Under the pieces are notes generated by a model. It did no database searches. It worked only from the letters and a program-made list of their open reading frames with translations, and had not been told where the DNA came from. From Lingula anatina (Eukaryota; Animalia; Brachiopoda): 64,000 nucleotides of DNA. How positions within the stretch are numbered: the first letter of the stretch is position 1; each line of letters begins with the position of its first letter. The stretch covers positions 2,333,721 to 2,397,720 of the forward strand of contig CM120648.1 of the NCBI GenBank assembly GCA_051362555.1, in the 5' to 3' direction. The position numbers and the translations under genes are program-made. Below, piece after piece: positions 25,471-40,520 of the stretch.

Positions 25471-26943
25471 ACACACACACAAACACACTCTGCTTAAAGG
25501 CTTGATTTGCCTAAGTTAAAATCTCCTACTAAAAAGTACAAAAATACATCTTCCCTGGGACCAGGTAGTCCCCAGAATATTAATCAAACTTGAGAAAAAG
25601 CAACAAAATTTTGGTTGTTGTTTTATATTAATTTTTTAATTTATCTATCTATTTATTGAAAAAAAAAGCAACAGCAAGAATTCAAACTTTGCACCTATAG
25701 TATGGTATTTATTAGAAGTAATAAGTAATCAACTGCCATAGTGAATTCCCTACAGCAAAAATCAAAGAAATATTTTGTACTTGTAAATAAATAATTGGCC
25801 AGAATTTTCCCAAACAACTCAGGGGGAAATGAAGAGTACCTTTAATGCAGCATTGCTGCAGGCAGAGACAAGCTTAATGTACTTGTAAATGCATACTTTT
25901 GTTTTACAGTGATCTGGAAAAGCTTTTAGGATGAAACTTTCTGCCACATAATGGCATTTCACACAATTTCTGAACCCTTATAGAATTTTCAAAAAAAGTT
26001 CTTTGCAAGGAGAGGTTGAAACTACATTGTACAGACGGAATAACCCAGTGCATGTCCAAAACTTCATTTGGTTCCAGCGCTACAATTTCATTTGAATTTT
26101 CTCTCAGAAAAAAAATGATGGAGTTGAATGATACATTGGTGGCACTGTTATTTAAAAAACAATATGGTAATAAATGATAAACAATGTGTTAATAAATGAT
26201 AGTTAATAATATAGAAATTCAAGTTGGAAGGCCATATTTGATCCCAGATCTTTGAGTGGCACAGTGCCACTTTTGCCTGCTCATTTTACACTACAGTATG
26301 CATTTGTAGCAAATATCATGGTAAATCATTTAATTATTAAAACAATTTAATCATTTGGACCAAGTTCACTTTAAGAATACAGTAATATTATAAGAATCAT
26401 TAGAAATTAAGGCAATATATATACTGATACATTTCCTTTTGATAATTATATATAAAAAGTGTGGATACAATATTTTACTGTTATCGTCATTACTTAGAAA
26501 TGGTTACATATATTGGTCTTAATCATCACTGTGTGTCAAAACAACCATGCTGCCTTTCGTCCAATGTTACCAGCTTGCAGGAGTTTCAGAGATTGCTGGA
26601 AACTCCTTTATTATCCACATGTCTCTGACATTTCTTCTGGTACTACTACATAATAAGAGTTTCACTCACTTTTCCTAATTTCAGCATCAGCATCTTTTTG
26701 CAGAATACAAAATCAACTTTGTTTAAACTTACTGAGAAATGACTGCGCACAGCATGTAAGACTACTACTAATCAAACATTCCTCTTGGTTTGACACTGAT
26801 TAAATTGTTGCAATTCAATTTGTTATTGAACGTCATGCCAGCCTCAGTTTGTTTTTCTTCACTGTTTCATCATCTACAGTTACAACTATGATAGATGCTC
26901 ACTCAAGGATTATTTTGGACTGAAAGGTAGAAAAACTTGTGTT

Positions 26944-27632
26944 AGGCCATTTTCACAACCAAAGTTGATCAAAGAATACATGTACATTCAATCGAACATA
27001 GATTTCATTGTCTTATTTTCAGTGGGGTGTCTGTATGGGTGCATTCCCATAGATTTTAGATCGATCATTCCCTGTGGGGAGTCTCACTAGATTACTGTCA
27101 GATAATCTGGCTTAAATGTCCGTCCCGCCTACTACAAGCTGAAAGGGGGTAATTAACTTTAGTGCCCGATCGGCTGACAGCTATTTAGCGTGAACCCCCA
27201 GGGAGTTAGGTCGATCTAGTTGGATCGATCTAATCTCTGGGAATGCCCTCTATTATTCCATTCACTGCACAAAGAGGCCCCACTATGCTATAACAGATCT
27301 GCTGTTTAACTATGGCCAACCCATTTGAAAGCTTGCAGCATAATCTCCTATTAGACACTGCATAGGTTCGCCACGGGGATTACATGGAATGTTTTCAAGT
27401 GGGTTAACCATATTGGATCCCCCGGATCTGTTGGAGCGCATTCAGAACATCGGACTAACAGATCCGCAGATCAAATATGGTGAGCAAATAAAAGGCTGGC
27501 CACTTAATATCGGATTAGACACTGAACAGTTTCCCTGTGGGAATCACACAACAAGCATTCATGTGGGTCGGCCATATTTGATCGCCAGATCTGTTAGTCA
27601 GCAGATCAACTTTAGTTATGAATGCAGCGCCT
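26944..27632. mobile_element. Nested MITE cluster: family B interrupted by family C, plus a second family-B copy
   Basis: Family-B left end AGGCCATTTTCACAACCAAAGTTGATC (26944), family C 27037-27250 flanked by TAT/TAT, family-B bodies at 27290-27433 and 27434-27632. Confidence 0.7.
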
Positions 27633-30421
27633 GATATACAGTTCAAAATTACCTTAGTCTGAACCAAGCATTGGCTGTCCTGAATATCAACAAGGCAAAT
27701 ATTCCAACCAGGAAACCAATAATTTGTGGAGTGGTGACTTAATGCTGTTGGAGACAGAGAGTTTTGTGTCGCCTGGAACAGAGGCTGAATGGGTCTACTG
27801 TAGGGCGAAATCTGCTTATTGAATTTTCATGATTTTATGCATTAGTTAATGGATTGCATTTAAATATACATGTAACTCCCAATTGTGCATTAGCCAGAAT
27901 GTGGGTTTTGTAGACATTGATGTTGGAACCCTTTTAGTTTGATTTGGAGTTTAAGGTGCAGGACTTTAAAACATCTCAGGCAGGCTTTTTTGATAGTTGG
28001 ATGAGGAGGAACAATTTATCTTGTACCCAGCATCAGGTGTGTTAACAGATAAGTATTAAAAATAAAGTAGTGTACAACAGATACAGGAAATATTGTTTTG
28101 CAGTCTGTTTTATACATTTTTAGACTTTTATTTATTAATTGAAATCTACTGTCCATACAAAGCATCCTAATTATGATAATTCCACATGTACATATACTAG
28201 TACTCATATTTTGCTTATTACAAGAAGTATACACTTGTCTGAATTTTTGTATACTGCAATATCCATGCTGTTTTGAATCTTCTTGAAAGCAAAAGTTTGA
28301 AGCACAGAATCAGTCTGTTACAAGATGATTTGCTTACTGCTTGCAGTATACAGCTTTGCTTTGATAATTACACTAAATTTAATTCCATACAATGAGTACT
28401 CGACTGGTCTCGTTAACTATAGCGCATATGGTGTAATTTAATGCTGCGCTTGGACAGCTAACACAATAATAACTTGTTTCCGTTAATTGCTTGTGTCATT
28501 GTATGTTCATTAAGAGACTGTGTTAAAACCCACACAGTGGGAAATGAAATAATTCATAATTGTCAAACCAGGTTTGTGTGTTAGGGACCTCCAGGCCTTA
28601 TGTGTACAGTGCCTCCATATATATATTCTACTGTATACTGGCTTTAATACTGTTTTCAGAAATAAAATTCCTGGAAGATCCAACTGATACATAACATGTG
28701 TATCCGTAAAGTACCTACCTAGAAAGATATGAGTTCCTGGAATTATAATTCTGTTAAGAGATTGGGGCTGTTTATATATCACAGTAGAATGAACTCCTGC
28801 ACGATTTATTAATTATTATATATTGTTTTTTAAGGTGGGTGGAGCAGGGGGGGTTCTGAATTGATACTGAGTTCTGAACTACTAGTATTACTTCTGCTTG
28901 TGAAGATTTATTTTTATTCAATTTTTTAACATCTAATCTTCTTGAAAGCACAAGATGTGGCATTTATCTTGACATCGATATCTCCAGTCTTTATTCAGTA
29001 AATTTAAATTAACTTAATTCATTACTTTTTTAAGCATAACGCAAGTGGATGCATAAAAGAGTGAAGTTCTTCAAAATTATTCCTAATTATATTTTTTTCG
29101 CCTATATTTAATCAAACTTAGGTTTTCTAAGGTATTGATAAAAACATTACACCTTGACAATGACATCAGTAGGTGTCGCTGCATTTCCGACCCAATTGTA
29201 AACAACTCTTAGCTCTCTCTCTCTTGAAAAAAAAAAAAAAACTTCATCAAAAGACGCATGCCTCATCATTAAAATCAATGTCAAAGTGATTTGACCTGAA
29301 TAATTATTTCAACCTTTTCATATAGGAGGCCCAGCGTTGTAGCTGTTGTTTAAAGGACAACCAAGGATGGAACGCAGCCAGAATTTTCAGAATCCAGCAA
29401 TTTTTGTAGTTGGACATTTCCTTAGCTGCTTCTGGAACCTAGAATTGCTGCTGGAATAGAAGAGATTGGAATATTTTTTTTACACTAGTAAGGAGAGATC
29501 TAACTTCACATGAGCAGGTATGTATATTTAAGTGACGCTTTTTTCTCTTTTTCTTAATTCAAAGATTAATGATATGACTTGCGCATCTACACTGTACTAC
29601 TGCTGTTGAATGCAGCTGAAAGGTAATTACTTGATCTTTTAAATGGAAGGAGGGGTTAATTAGGCATTTTACAGATACTGTATATTGAATGTCGAAATTT
29701 TCTAAAAATTAAAAAACTCCTAGTGATTGGTTGCAACAAAATTAAGTAGCAGGATACTCTATAGTTCTATTCTATATGTAGTTAAAGCACCACTAATGCT
29801 ATATAGAAATAAAATTTTTGTGATTTTAAAATTATGAAACTGAAAGTTTGATAGTTTTTGCCCATTGAAAAGATGGAGTAATTACTGTATTGTGCTTGTA
29901 CCACAGATATCAGTTGCTATGTATGAAATGTGGAATTAAGTCACATATAAGCAAACATTCTTCAAAAAATTAACAGTTGAAGTTCATTACATCTTTCATC
30001 TCTGCCTCATCATGAAGTGATACTAGTAAACTATATAATATTATGTGAAATGGTATTATTCATGTTTCAGAAGCACTGCTGTAGATAGGGAAAAGTAAGA
30101 AGCTTAATAAAAAAGACAATAAATAAATAAATAAATAAATAAATAACATGATGCACAGAGACGTATGTCAAGGATAAATTTTTCATGTTTGGGGAATTTA
30201 GGGAATTGTTGTAGACACGATGTAGGGGGTGGGATTTTTACGGCCCCCTGGTGATGGAGCTGCTCTGAAAATATGTCAGCTTTGTTCTTTTTTGTCAGCT
30301 TGTTCGTTGGACCATAATGTTAGAGACATACTTGGACTGGTGGACCCAACGTGGCAATGAATCAACTATTTTTGGTTGTGTGGCATTCTCTTCTCTTTTT
30401 TTCTCTAGCTCTCTCTCACCT

Positions 30422-30454
<33 letters not shown>

Positions 30455-32787
30455 TATAACCAAAGACAATCAAACAACTTCAATATACATGTAAATGTGC
30501 ACTTGCAATCTTAATCAATCAAAACCAAGACCCAAGATAGGGAATAATGTATACCAATACATGTCTTGGAGATATGGTTGAACTCATCCTGCCACTGCCC
30601 TATGATGGGATGTATATGTCAGCCCAATTAGCGGAATATAATAAGATGATAAAATTTCTGTTGTTCTGATTTAAAGTCAATGAGATATTGATTGTACTTC
30701 TTGTGGTACCCTGAATTTCACAGATTACTGAAAACTTATCTCTGTTACTGTTGTTGTATCTCTGTTGTGTGAGACAGTCTTGACATGGAGGATGAACTTA
30801 ATATTGGACGTCCTTCAATCTACCTGGGACACTCAGGTGGTCATTTCATTGTTATGTATATCTGTACTAGTACACTGGTCAAGTAAGGCAAGGTCCACTA
30901 GGACTGGTCAGTATACTCTACCTGGTTATCTAGGACATACTTGGGCCAATAATTGGCGCCCTTTGTTTTATAAATGCCGTCATTCTCATGCAACTAACTT
31001 TCGGTATCAGTTGTTTTTCATTTTTCATTTTTTTATTTATTTTTATTTATTTATTTATGAATTATTATTATTATTATTATTTTTTTTTTGCATGGTATAT
31101 TAAGTACACGATCCATGATTGCATAATAGAAACAGCTATAACTTTCACAAGTTCAATTATTTATTTAATTTGAATTTAGTTATATTTACTCATAAAATTA
31201 ACTTATTATTATTATTAGTGATAACTAGTTGATATTCTAATTCTCATTCTTCTTCTAGTTTTTATTACTATATTATATATACAAAATGATACTCATTAAT
31301 TGTATTTTGGTACATATTATATGTATCTGTATCTGTATACTTTTTTGCCTGGTTTGAAACCACTTCTCGCGTTATCTGGGAGTGTTAAGCCATTTGATCT
31401 CTTTATGAGCCTCTCCAGATAAGATAACACGCAGGAAGATGAGTGTCGCACTTTATGCAATTCTGCTGATAATTTACAGAGGTGGACCAAAGATGGTAAG
31501 ATTGAAATGGGGAGTTTATTTCTGATACATTTTTAGTCCATTTTAGGTTGATAATTTTGTGGTTCATTTTAGGAGAAAATCTAGAAAACATGACCATTTT
31601 TATTATTTTTTAAAATATCTTTAATTTTATACCAGAACCCAGAGGTTGGGGCTCTCAAACTTTTATTAAAACTACTAGCTGTGTGCACATTTCTGCCAGT
31701 AATGTATGTATAAAAGCAAAGAAGTGCTGTGACAAGTCAGTCTTTTCACATGGAAAAAAAGGAGGTGGTTACTGTTAGATTATTATCAATTTTATTATTT
31801 GCTTAGTTGAACATCAATTGAGCATAAATAAAACAAGTGTCAGAGGTCTTTTGGTTACTGATAGTGCCCCCCTTCCCCCTCCCCCTTCTCATCTTCATCT
31901 TGGTGGTGGGCGTTAAGAGTAAGGTGATCATCTTAAGCTTGTTTCATATTCCTTCATTAAGAAAGGTAACTCTGTAACAGTCACCAACGTCAGGTAAGAG
32001 AAGTCTACAGGTGAGGATCTACGCTTTTTAATATCAAACCAATGAAAAGAAATTTGTGATAAAATGTGTTATAAAAGTAATTTTTACCTTAAAAATGTTT
32101 ATGTTGAGCAGAAGTGCTTCATATGTGATTATACGCCAGTTAGAGTAAAAAGCATAAAGGATAATTATATAAACAATTAGTTTGTTTTTATTAGATGCAA
32201 TTTTACATCATATATTTTAATTGAATTTATCAATATTTGAGGCTGTAATGAGAAGTTATTTTTACCAGCATATTTGGGCACTGGAAACATGAAAAATAGC
32301 CAAAATCACAGAGCCAAGTTTAAAGAAAATTAAAAAGTGGCAAAACTAAATATTCTTCCAATTTGAATATTTCAATTTTGGATTTCATTTATTTTATTTT
32401 ATTTTACTTCCTGTAAATTAAAATGAAATAAGGTGAATCTCTCTCCATCCAAAGTCTCTTAACTGTTGTGAATTTTTTGATTACAGAAAAAAATTAATTA
32501 ACCTACCTTATTCCTATATATCACCTGAAAAAAAAAAAGAGTAAAATGTATAGAATCTTCACAAAATGTGTAATAGTGGCATTCAGTAGTACAGGTTCTG
32601 ACATGCATGGCCTTAATATTATCAGTATTATTCCAAGGGTCAGGACGATTGCAGAGGTGTGTTGATTTGTAAATAATTGCCTCTTAAGATGAAACCTTCT
32701 TCAGATAAGATTTTATATAGGTTGTGTTGCAAAATTTATTCATTGACTTGATTGTCTTTCTCATTTCCTCTACCCTCTCATATAAAA

Positions 32788-32944
32788 TGCATTCAGAACA
32801 GCGAACTAACAGTTCTGCGGATCAAATATGGCCGACCCACTTGAATGCTTGTTGCATAATCCTCGCAGGGAATTAAGTGGCAAGCTTTTTAGTGGGTTGC
32901 CATATTTAATCTGCAGATCTCTTTGTCCACTGTTCTGAATGCGC
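32788..32944. mobile_element. Palindromic MITE, family B variant
   Basis: GCATTCAGAACAG...CTGTTCTGAATGC termini; internal CTGCGGATCAAATATGG / CCATATTTAATCTGCAG. Confidence 0.75.
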
Positions 32945-33190
32945 TTATAGTCATAACTCCTATATGTGTAAGGATATATAATGTGGGCACAGCCAGATGA
33001 TCATGTACCTCCAGTAGTTAGATGAGTTTAGAATGGTATTAGTTGGAATTAACAGGCCTCTCTCAATCTCTCTCTGTCGTTTGCTCTCTTTCTGTCTCTC
33101 TCACAAACACATGTACAGTTTACAATCACTTATACGTACACATACAATTTCAGCACATCTTTAACCCTCTTTTTATGAATACATTTATTC

Positions 33191-33237
<47 letters not shown>

Positions 33238-34557
33238 CCATGTTTAAGAGGGTAAAAATAGCTACCAGTAGAAGACTTAATTAACTCAGTGTCACTTTGA
33301 ATCTTGAACTCAGCAGGACTGAAATGGAACTTCTGCTATTGAATTACTTAGATATACTGCCAGGAGAGCAGTAGTGTGCCTGTACATGAGTCTGAAGTGG
33401 CCACTGGGACATAAACAACTCGCAGACTTTTAAAGGGTGATTTGAAAGTCAGGTAGGGTGCATATTTTATGGGCAGCCTTGTTCAGTGTTTGCCAACATT
33501 CTAGGGCAATTTTACTTGTAGATGTTTTTTGGGCTTCTGAAAAAAAGAAAATGGATTTTGCCTTGTTGCTTTTGTCATACAGGGATGATATTTTTTCTGA
33601 CTATCGGCGAATTTTGGGAGCCAAAAATATCATTGGCCTATGTTTATAGTGTTAGTAAGGTGTATCAAAAGACTTATTTCTATCATATATTTTTCTATTA
33701 TTCACACATTTATTTATTAAGCCCAATATTTTAGGTGGCTGAAAAAACTGCCAGATTTAAGATTTGATAAATTTACATAAAAAATAGCTCTAAATTCTTA
33801 TATATAACTGCAATGAATTCTTGGAAATTCGAATTCATTTAATGCAATGAAATAATTTGCCTTTGGCGTTTAAATTTATATTTTGAATCAGCAGTTAAGC
33901 TACATGTATGTAACATTCCTGTGGCACCGATCACAAAAATCATGGTCCAAAAATGCATCACCGCCCCTGAAGAGATAACATTATGTTATGATAAAAGCTA
34001 CCAGTAGAGCAAACAATTTACTTACAAAGTACATAATAATGACAACTACTGTGTGGCATAGACAGAAAACTATCAGTGTAGGAACAGAAGAATGGCAATT
34101 TATAATAGCTACATCATGTGTTACATGTATTTTTCCAAAACATTTTTGAAATCATATTCCTATGAAATTTAAAGTTTAGAACATCGAGCTCTGCCAAAAA
34201 CATCTGTTTCTCTGGAGTCCAGGTATTTGTTCACCCTGTGTCTCAGGAGTTCTGGAAACTGGCCTCTATATAATTGCCGGCATACCTCTGCCATGGCACT
34301 GACAGCAGAACTCGGGCTGTATTTGGCATCTTCTACCAGTAGTGGTACACAGTTCAAGATGCACTTCAAGTCAGGAAATTGTTCATTAAGAAAATGCCAC
34401 TTACACAGTGTTCAACAACATCCGTGTGGTGAAAAAATTGGTAAACTGTGGCAATGAAACTGCAAAGAAGATTTACTGTAGGCTGTGTCTCACACCATTT
34501 TAACTAAAATTACCTCTCTGTCTAAAAATTTATACTAATTATAAAGCTAAGCCTATG

Positions 34558-34639
34558 CAGGGGCGGATCCAGGATTATTTGAAAGGGGGGTCCGTGGATG
34601 CGAAGCAGACCCTCTCCCCCCCCTCTTAATCTGCTGCTG
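34558..34639. mobile_element. Short MITE-like element (CAGGGGCGGATCCAGG start)
   Basis: GATCCAGGATTATTTGAA(A)GGGGGG and GGATGCGAAGC shared with 37897-38169. Confidence 0.6.
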
Positions 34640-35865
34640 CTATTGACTGCAGTCAAACATTCAGAACCATGCTGTAGGGCTAATTAATATTGCATGCTTT
34701 CTCGTACTCCTGTTTTAATTCTCCTTCATACTCACTGGCATACCTCCTACAATTTGCAGTCTGTTTCCTCAAGTCCGTTTATAATTTGCACCATGTTGAA
34801 TGTGACCTCAGGTAGCGTGATATTAGGTGCATGTGTACTCCCTACCAGAGGCCAGATGGGTGAGGGAGGTCTTTTGTCCTCCGAAAAACAAATCTTCTTG
34901 GAAAGTAAAGAAATACCTGTGTGCATGAAGTATAGCTTGAGAATTTCTAGTGAAAAATTGTAACCGTAGCATTACATGAAGTAGAGGGTATGTACTCAGT
35001 ACAATGGAGTTACCCGAATAATGAGATGGTATAGGAACTTAATTCCATTGTAAGTTGGTTTTTAATTTTAAAAAGTTCAGTTTGTGCATGAAGTATTCCA
35101 AAATGAAATAGCTACCGGTGTTAATCTGTATACAAGAATACATCAATTATTCTTAGTCTGAAGCGTCAGCCATTTTTTATTTTCTGTTAAATAAGATCAG
35201 ATTAATTTTAGAGTTGAACTGCTGCAGGTTAATTTATCCCAGTCTAATGCTGACAGAGACACAAATTTACTGCCTTCAAGTTAAAACCAGCTTTCGATCA
35301 GCGAAAGTTCTGTGGTGAAAATTGGACTCAGATTTTAAGGTTCTTTCCTTGAAAAGAGGTGACTTTAAAATGCTTGTAAGCTGTCAAGATTTACGAAACT
35401 GTACATGACGGAGGTGGGGAGAAGCAACAGCTACTGGGTAAAAGAGGAATTTTCCATTTTCCTTTTCTTTGTGATTCAACCAGATTGAGCTTGAATTTAT
35501 ACATCAGCAAGGATACCTTAATTAATACTTTTAAATATCTCTTGCCTATATGGTCTATTAAATCCAAGCCAGGGCAATATGTACTGGATAATGTGTTTGA
35601 AAATTGACTAGGGTTAGGACGCGCTTAATTTCATTTCTGAATTCACGTTGAACACATCCTGTGTGAAACAAACACCTCATTCACAATTTAGATTTCACTT
35701 GCAGATAAAACTATAAAAAGTGTTGACATTCTGTGAGATATTTGTACTGTTATCCTTGACTTTCTTGGGTCATGTGTACAACACCTGATGAAGTAGGTAC
35801 ATGTTGTTAGATAATGAAAAAAAATGATGCTTGACACAGAGACTTAATGGTGAAAGCTAGCGAAG

Positions 35866-36070
35866 GCCGCTTTCACAACCAGTTGATCCATGGACTAACT
35901 CTATGGATCAAATATGGTGCACGCTTGACAGTGGATTCCCCACCTCCCCCACGTGTCATTCCAGCAGGGCCAGCTAGGGGACTTAAATCTCAGCACGCTT
36001 TCAAGCGGGTTGCACCACATTTGATCCAGGGACTAGTTAGTCCACAAATCAACTGATTGTGAACACAGTC
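35866..36070. mobile_element. Palindromic MITE, family B
   Basis: TTCACAACCAGTTGATCCATGGACTAACT ... AGTTAGTCCACAAATCAACTGATTGTGAA inverted arms. Confidence 0.8.
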
Positions 36071-37493
36071 ATACTCAATCTATGTTTTCATTCACCATCT
36101 GTGGATCTTGATCATGTTGTGACTTTGCACCTGTGTGATAAAACACCTAGAAAACAGGATACTGTGATGGTAAACCTTTGAAATTTGGTTGTGGTTATGT
36201 TTTTGTAGTGCATGTAAATATTTGAAGATGAAGCATCAAGCTGTGTGTAAAATTGATTGTCTAATAAAAGGCAGATAATTACGTGGAGTATACCTAAGGT
36301 GAAAACAAATCTTTCAGTTTTATTCGGACAATTAACAGCTTGAAATTATTACGTATGTGATGTACCGCTCCTGTATTTCAGTGTCTACCAATAAATTTTT
36401 AAGGCACCTGTATCTAATATTCAGCTGTTCACCACTTTTAATGTAAAATGTAGCTAATAAAATTCTTTCCTGGACTAAATATTTTGGATGGAATCATTTA
36501 GAAGTAGAAATCCCAAAAGCTCTGATGTTGTGAAAAAACAATATGTAACCGGGAAAAGGGCAGCGACAGTTTCAGATTAATGAAATTTTCTAAATTTCCT
36601 GGAATCCCTACAAATGTATTGAGAATATTGATCATCCCTCTCTGCAGATCTAACAAAATATCCTTCAAATACTAGCACATGGTTTAATACCAGAATTTTT
36701 CGTCACTTTTTATATCACTAGACTAAGCATGCCTACTGTCCGATTACAATTCTTAGAATTTGCAGTCCTGTAAAGATTATTTTTGAGCTTACAATATTGA
36801 TTTCTTTGATTAATTTAAAAATGAAGTTTGAAAATTAAATTAAGATTTGAGGTAAAAAGCTTCATGTCCTGATTGGTTCAATTTTTCCAAGTACAATTAA
36901 TATATTAAAAGCAACATGCAGCTAGTGAGGTGTAATTGGTTACAAAATAAAATATTCATTGGTAACAATCACTCCAGTAAAAATCTAATTGTTAAAAAGC
37001 CACACACAGCAGGTGGCCTGGCTCCGTTACTTTGGTTTAAAAGCAAAGCGACACTTCTCTACAAGTGCCTCGTCCATGTTCTTTTACTCTATATTTAATG
37101 AGACGAAATAGCTGGCTCCCTCTTAAATCAATGTGACATTATTTGATAGTTTAGTAGTAGAATTATCATGCTGTAAAGGGGTGTTTGGTGTACAATAAGG
37201 TGACTGATTGCACCGTGCACTTTGATTTCAAGGACACAATAATTGTTGGATGTTGATAACTAGCTCTTCATATCCCTTAGCCCTTTGACATAATGTTATC
37301 AGTTTTGGATAAACAATCTCTTTAGTTTTGCCGTCCTGATGTCTTGACTGTGATATTTTATTATTAAAATATTGTCTATGAGGACTTGGGGAAAACAGTA
37401 ACACTGTTAACTTTGATTTCCAAAAGAGGCAAAATGACTGCCATTATATATGAAAATTAACAAAATAAAAATTATTATAATGATGTTAATAAT

Positions 37494-37534
<41 letters not shown>
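37494..37534. repeat. (GATA)n microsatellite
   Basis: About 10 TAGA units. Confidence 0.9.
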
Positions 37535-37896
37535 GAGAAAATTTAAATTAAAGAATCCTTTAAGTTTATTCTTCAGATAAATAAAAAGGAAGTCTGTAGA
37601 TCTTTTGTGAGTTCAACTCTAGGATTACTAGGACATGACAGTTGACTGTAATTTCATTTATTTTCTCTTTTTGTTAAAACTGTTATGTGTGGGACCCATG
37701 CCAAGATTTCGCATGTGGCAGCACAATGTCAGTTTTGTATATTTTGAGTCTCATCAAAAGTGAAATGGACATGTCATTTTGTTATACATAGGGTCTATCA
37801 AAAGACAAAATTTCTCAATTTAATTTTGTATTTTTTTTTTTTTTTTGGTTGGGGGGGGGGGGCTGGTAAAAAAAAAAAAAGGTGTACAGGCACCTC

Positions 37897-38169
37897 AAGG
37901 GCAGATCCAGGATTATTTGAAGGGGGGGGGGGGGGGACTTTTCAGGAATGACAGGCCTCGGATGCGAAGCCCACCCTCAGCCCCCTTGGAGTGTTTTGGA
38001 GGGCAAACTGAGTGCCATTTGGATATAAATCATATAAATCAACTAGTCAAATTTCTAATTTGAAGAGGGGAATATCAGTGTGATTTTTTTTCAGAAACCG
38101 AAGGGGGGGGGGGGGGGGGCAGAACACTCCTGACCCCCCCCCCCTCTTCTAAATCTAAATCCAACACTG
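37897..38169. mobile_element. MITE-like element related to 34558-34639
   Basis: CAAGGGCAGATCCAGGATTATTTGAAGGGG ... CCCCTCTTCTAAATCTAAATCCAACACTG. Confidence 0.55.
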
Positions 38170-40380
38170 CACCTATGGGCCATGGTACCCTGTGTTGATT
38201 GGTTGTGGTGTGTATATTTGTTTGTCAACAACAGGACAAAAGTTGTAAATACACTTAATGCCAGATATGGAGTTTGACGTAAACACTGTACATGTTTAAA
38301 GACAAGAGTTGTAAACAAACGTGACTAGTGTGGGTCTTCTCTGCAACTTAATAACCTATTACTGTTGAGATATTAATGAAAATTTTGTTTTGAGATTGTC
38401 TGCAAATGAAGAAGTCCTAGATAAACGTATATTAGTTATTATGTGGGTAGTATGCCTTTTAAAGCTGCCTCCCAAACAACAGTTAAAATTATCAGAAGCG
38501 TTGTTATTTGTCGATGTTTCAGATTTGTTTTGTGTTTCCATAAAACGTTAAGATAAGGAGAGCTCTCTCCCCCCCCCCCCCCCCTTGAGAGAGTAGGGAG
38601 AGAGCAGACAGGAATCAAAATGTTTATACCAGCATCTGTCAGTCTGTCTATTTTGTACTTGTGTATAAATTATACCGGCCACTCAAATAATCTGATTGTC
38701 CATTTGCTGCCCATCTTTGAACAAAATATTGCCAGGTTTCTATTTTGAGTGCTTGTAAATGTACTGTTGGATTAGTTTGTATGACTTCAGCAAAATCAAA
38801 CAAAGTTTTTCTTCCCTTTTTAATCCAGTATTTTTATTTATTTGAAAAAAGGTTAGCAAAAATATTGATAGCTTCTCAAACCCATCTTATCTCTGACGTC
38901 AAATCTTGAATTGCTAAGTCGAACATAATATGATGCATCAGAGTCCTTTTATTCTGCCATTATTTTATTTAGTAAAATATTAAATCATTTGTAGAATTTT
39001 ACCACTTTGTGAAAAAAGAAAAAAAAAAAATGATTTGAGCAAGCTGTCAGAGAACATGTCAGTCAATCAACCTCATCCAGTTTACCAACACCTCCACAGC
39101 TTTTATTCCACTTAACTAAGTAGTCCCATGTGGTAAGTTCATTAATTCATCAGCTAGATCCCTTTGTCAGTTTTGTCTCCCATTGTCTTATTTGGTTAAC
39201 AAAGTCATGGAGGCCTCAGGAAGAGGGGGTTGGTAAGTGAGGTTATCGCTATAGCTATTTTTTATTTGGAAACTATATTGTATTCTTTTGTTTTTCATTT
39301 CTTTTTTTTCTTTCTTTATTTCTTTTATTTTTTATTTTTTTTTTGTGTGTGTGTGGTTCTACATAGAATGATAGTTTCTTAGGGAATAGGCTCTTTGAGG
39401 CACCTGCCAGTCATTAGTGGGGTATTCAGGTTACAGGAACATATTTGTTTTATTTTAACGCTCACCTGAGTTAAGGCCAGAAGGTACAGTTTTGTTATTT
39501 TAATAACTTCTTTTTGGAGTATCATAAGTGGCATCAGTTTCACAAATTATTTGAGATATTTTAACAGTGTGTTCTATGGTGGTTGAGGAATGATAAAACA
39601 AATTATATTTGATCAGGTTTTCTGACCCCCCCCCCCCCCCCCAAAAAAAAAAAAAAAAAAAAAAAAAAAAACATGCACACACACGTGTTCAAAACAACTG
39701 AAGAGAAACATAATTTCAAGTTTTTTTCCAGCAAAATATGACCATACCTTTCAGGAAAGTTTAGGATATTTTTTTAATGGCCAATACCCCAAGGATAAGA
39801 TTGGTCTTCATTGATTTTTAGACCAGGTTAATGAAAATGTGGAAGCTCGTGAACATGCCAAATGGAGATAAAAACAACAGTGCCCTGGTGAAGTCACCAT
39901 TGTGACCCCCATATTGAGCTGTAAAAGATCAGGCTGGAGTTAAGAGTTTACTAGCTGTTGTTTACAGCATCAGTATCAGTTTAGTCTTTATTTAGCATGG
40001 AAGACATGGAGAGACATACAGCAGTCTTGTTTTTGTTGTGAAAATAGTGTACGAGGATGAAATGATGCATTTATTGACAGGGTTTTACAAGGACTATAGT
40101 ATCACTTGGTGAGGTGGTGGTGTGTATATATATTTACATACCTGAAGATGCCAACTTCAAAGTAAGTCACTGCTCCAAGGCAACTGACCTGTAGATTTGG
40201 CTTCACACTTGTAAAATGAAAAAGGTTTTTCAAAATAACTTTTTTGATCAGGCTATTAGAAACAGTTGTTTTAGATTATTTTTCCATCTGTAGAATATTT
40301 TTGCTACCAGTAAAACATATAACTTGTGATCATCTGAGCCTTATGTGTAGATGTCAGTGACCAATCCACTTACAAGTTTA

Positions 40381-40520
40381 AGGGTGGGTTCATACTAGAT
40401 AGATCCATCCAACTCTGCAAGGACTCTTGCTGAATGCAGTCAGATTAACAGATGAACACGCCTCCTCCTGGCATTGAGTAGAATAAAGAAAAGCTGGTGA
40501 TTATACGAGCACATAGGGAA
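40381..40520. mobile_element. Truncated family-D MITE
   Basis: CCAACTCTGCA..GCTGA.TGCA.TCAG.TTAAC..CTCCTGGCATTGAGTAGAA..AAAGCTGGTGATT shared with 53029-53115. Confidence 0.65.
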
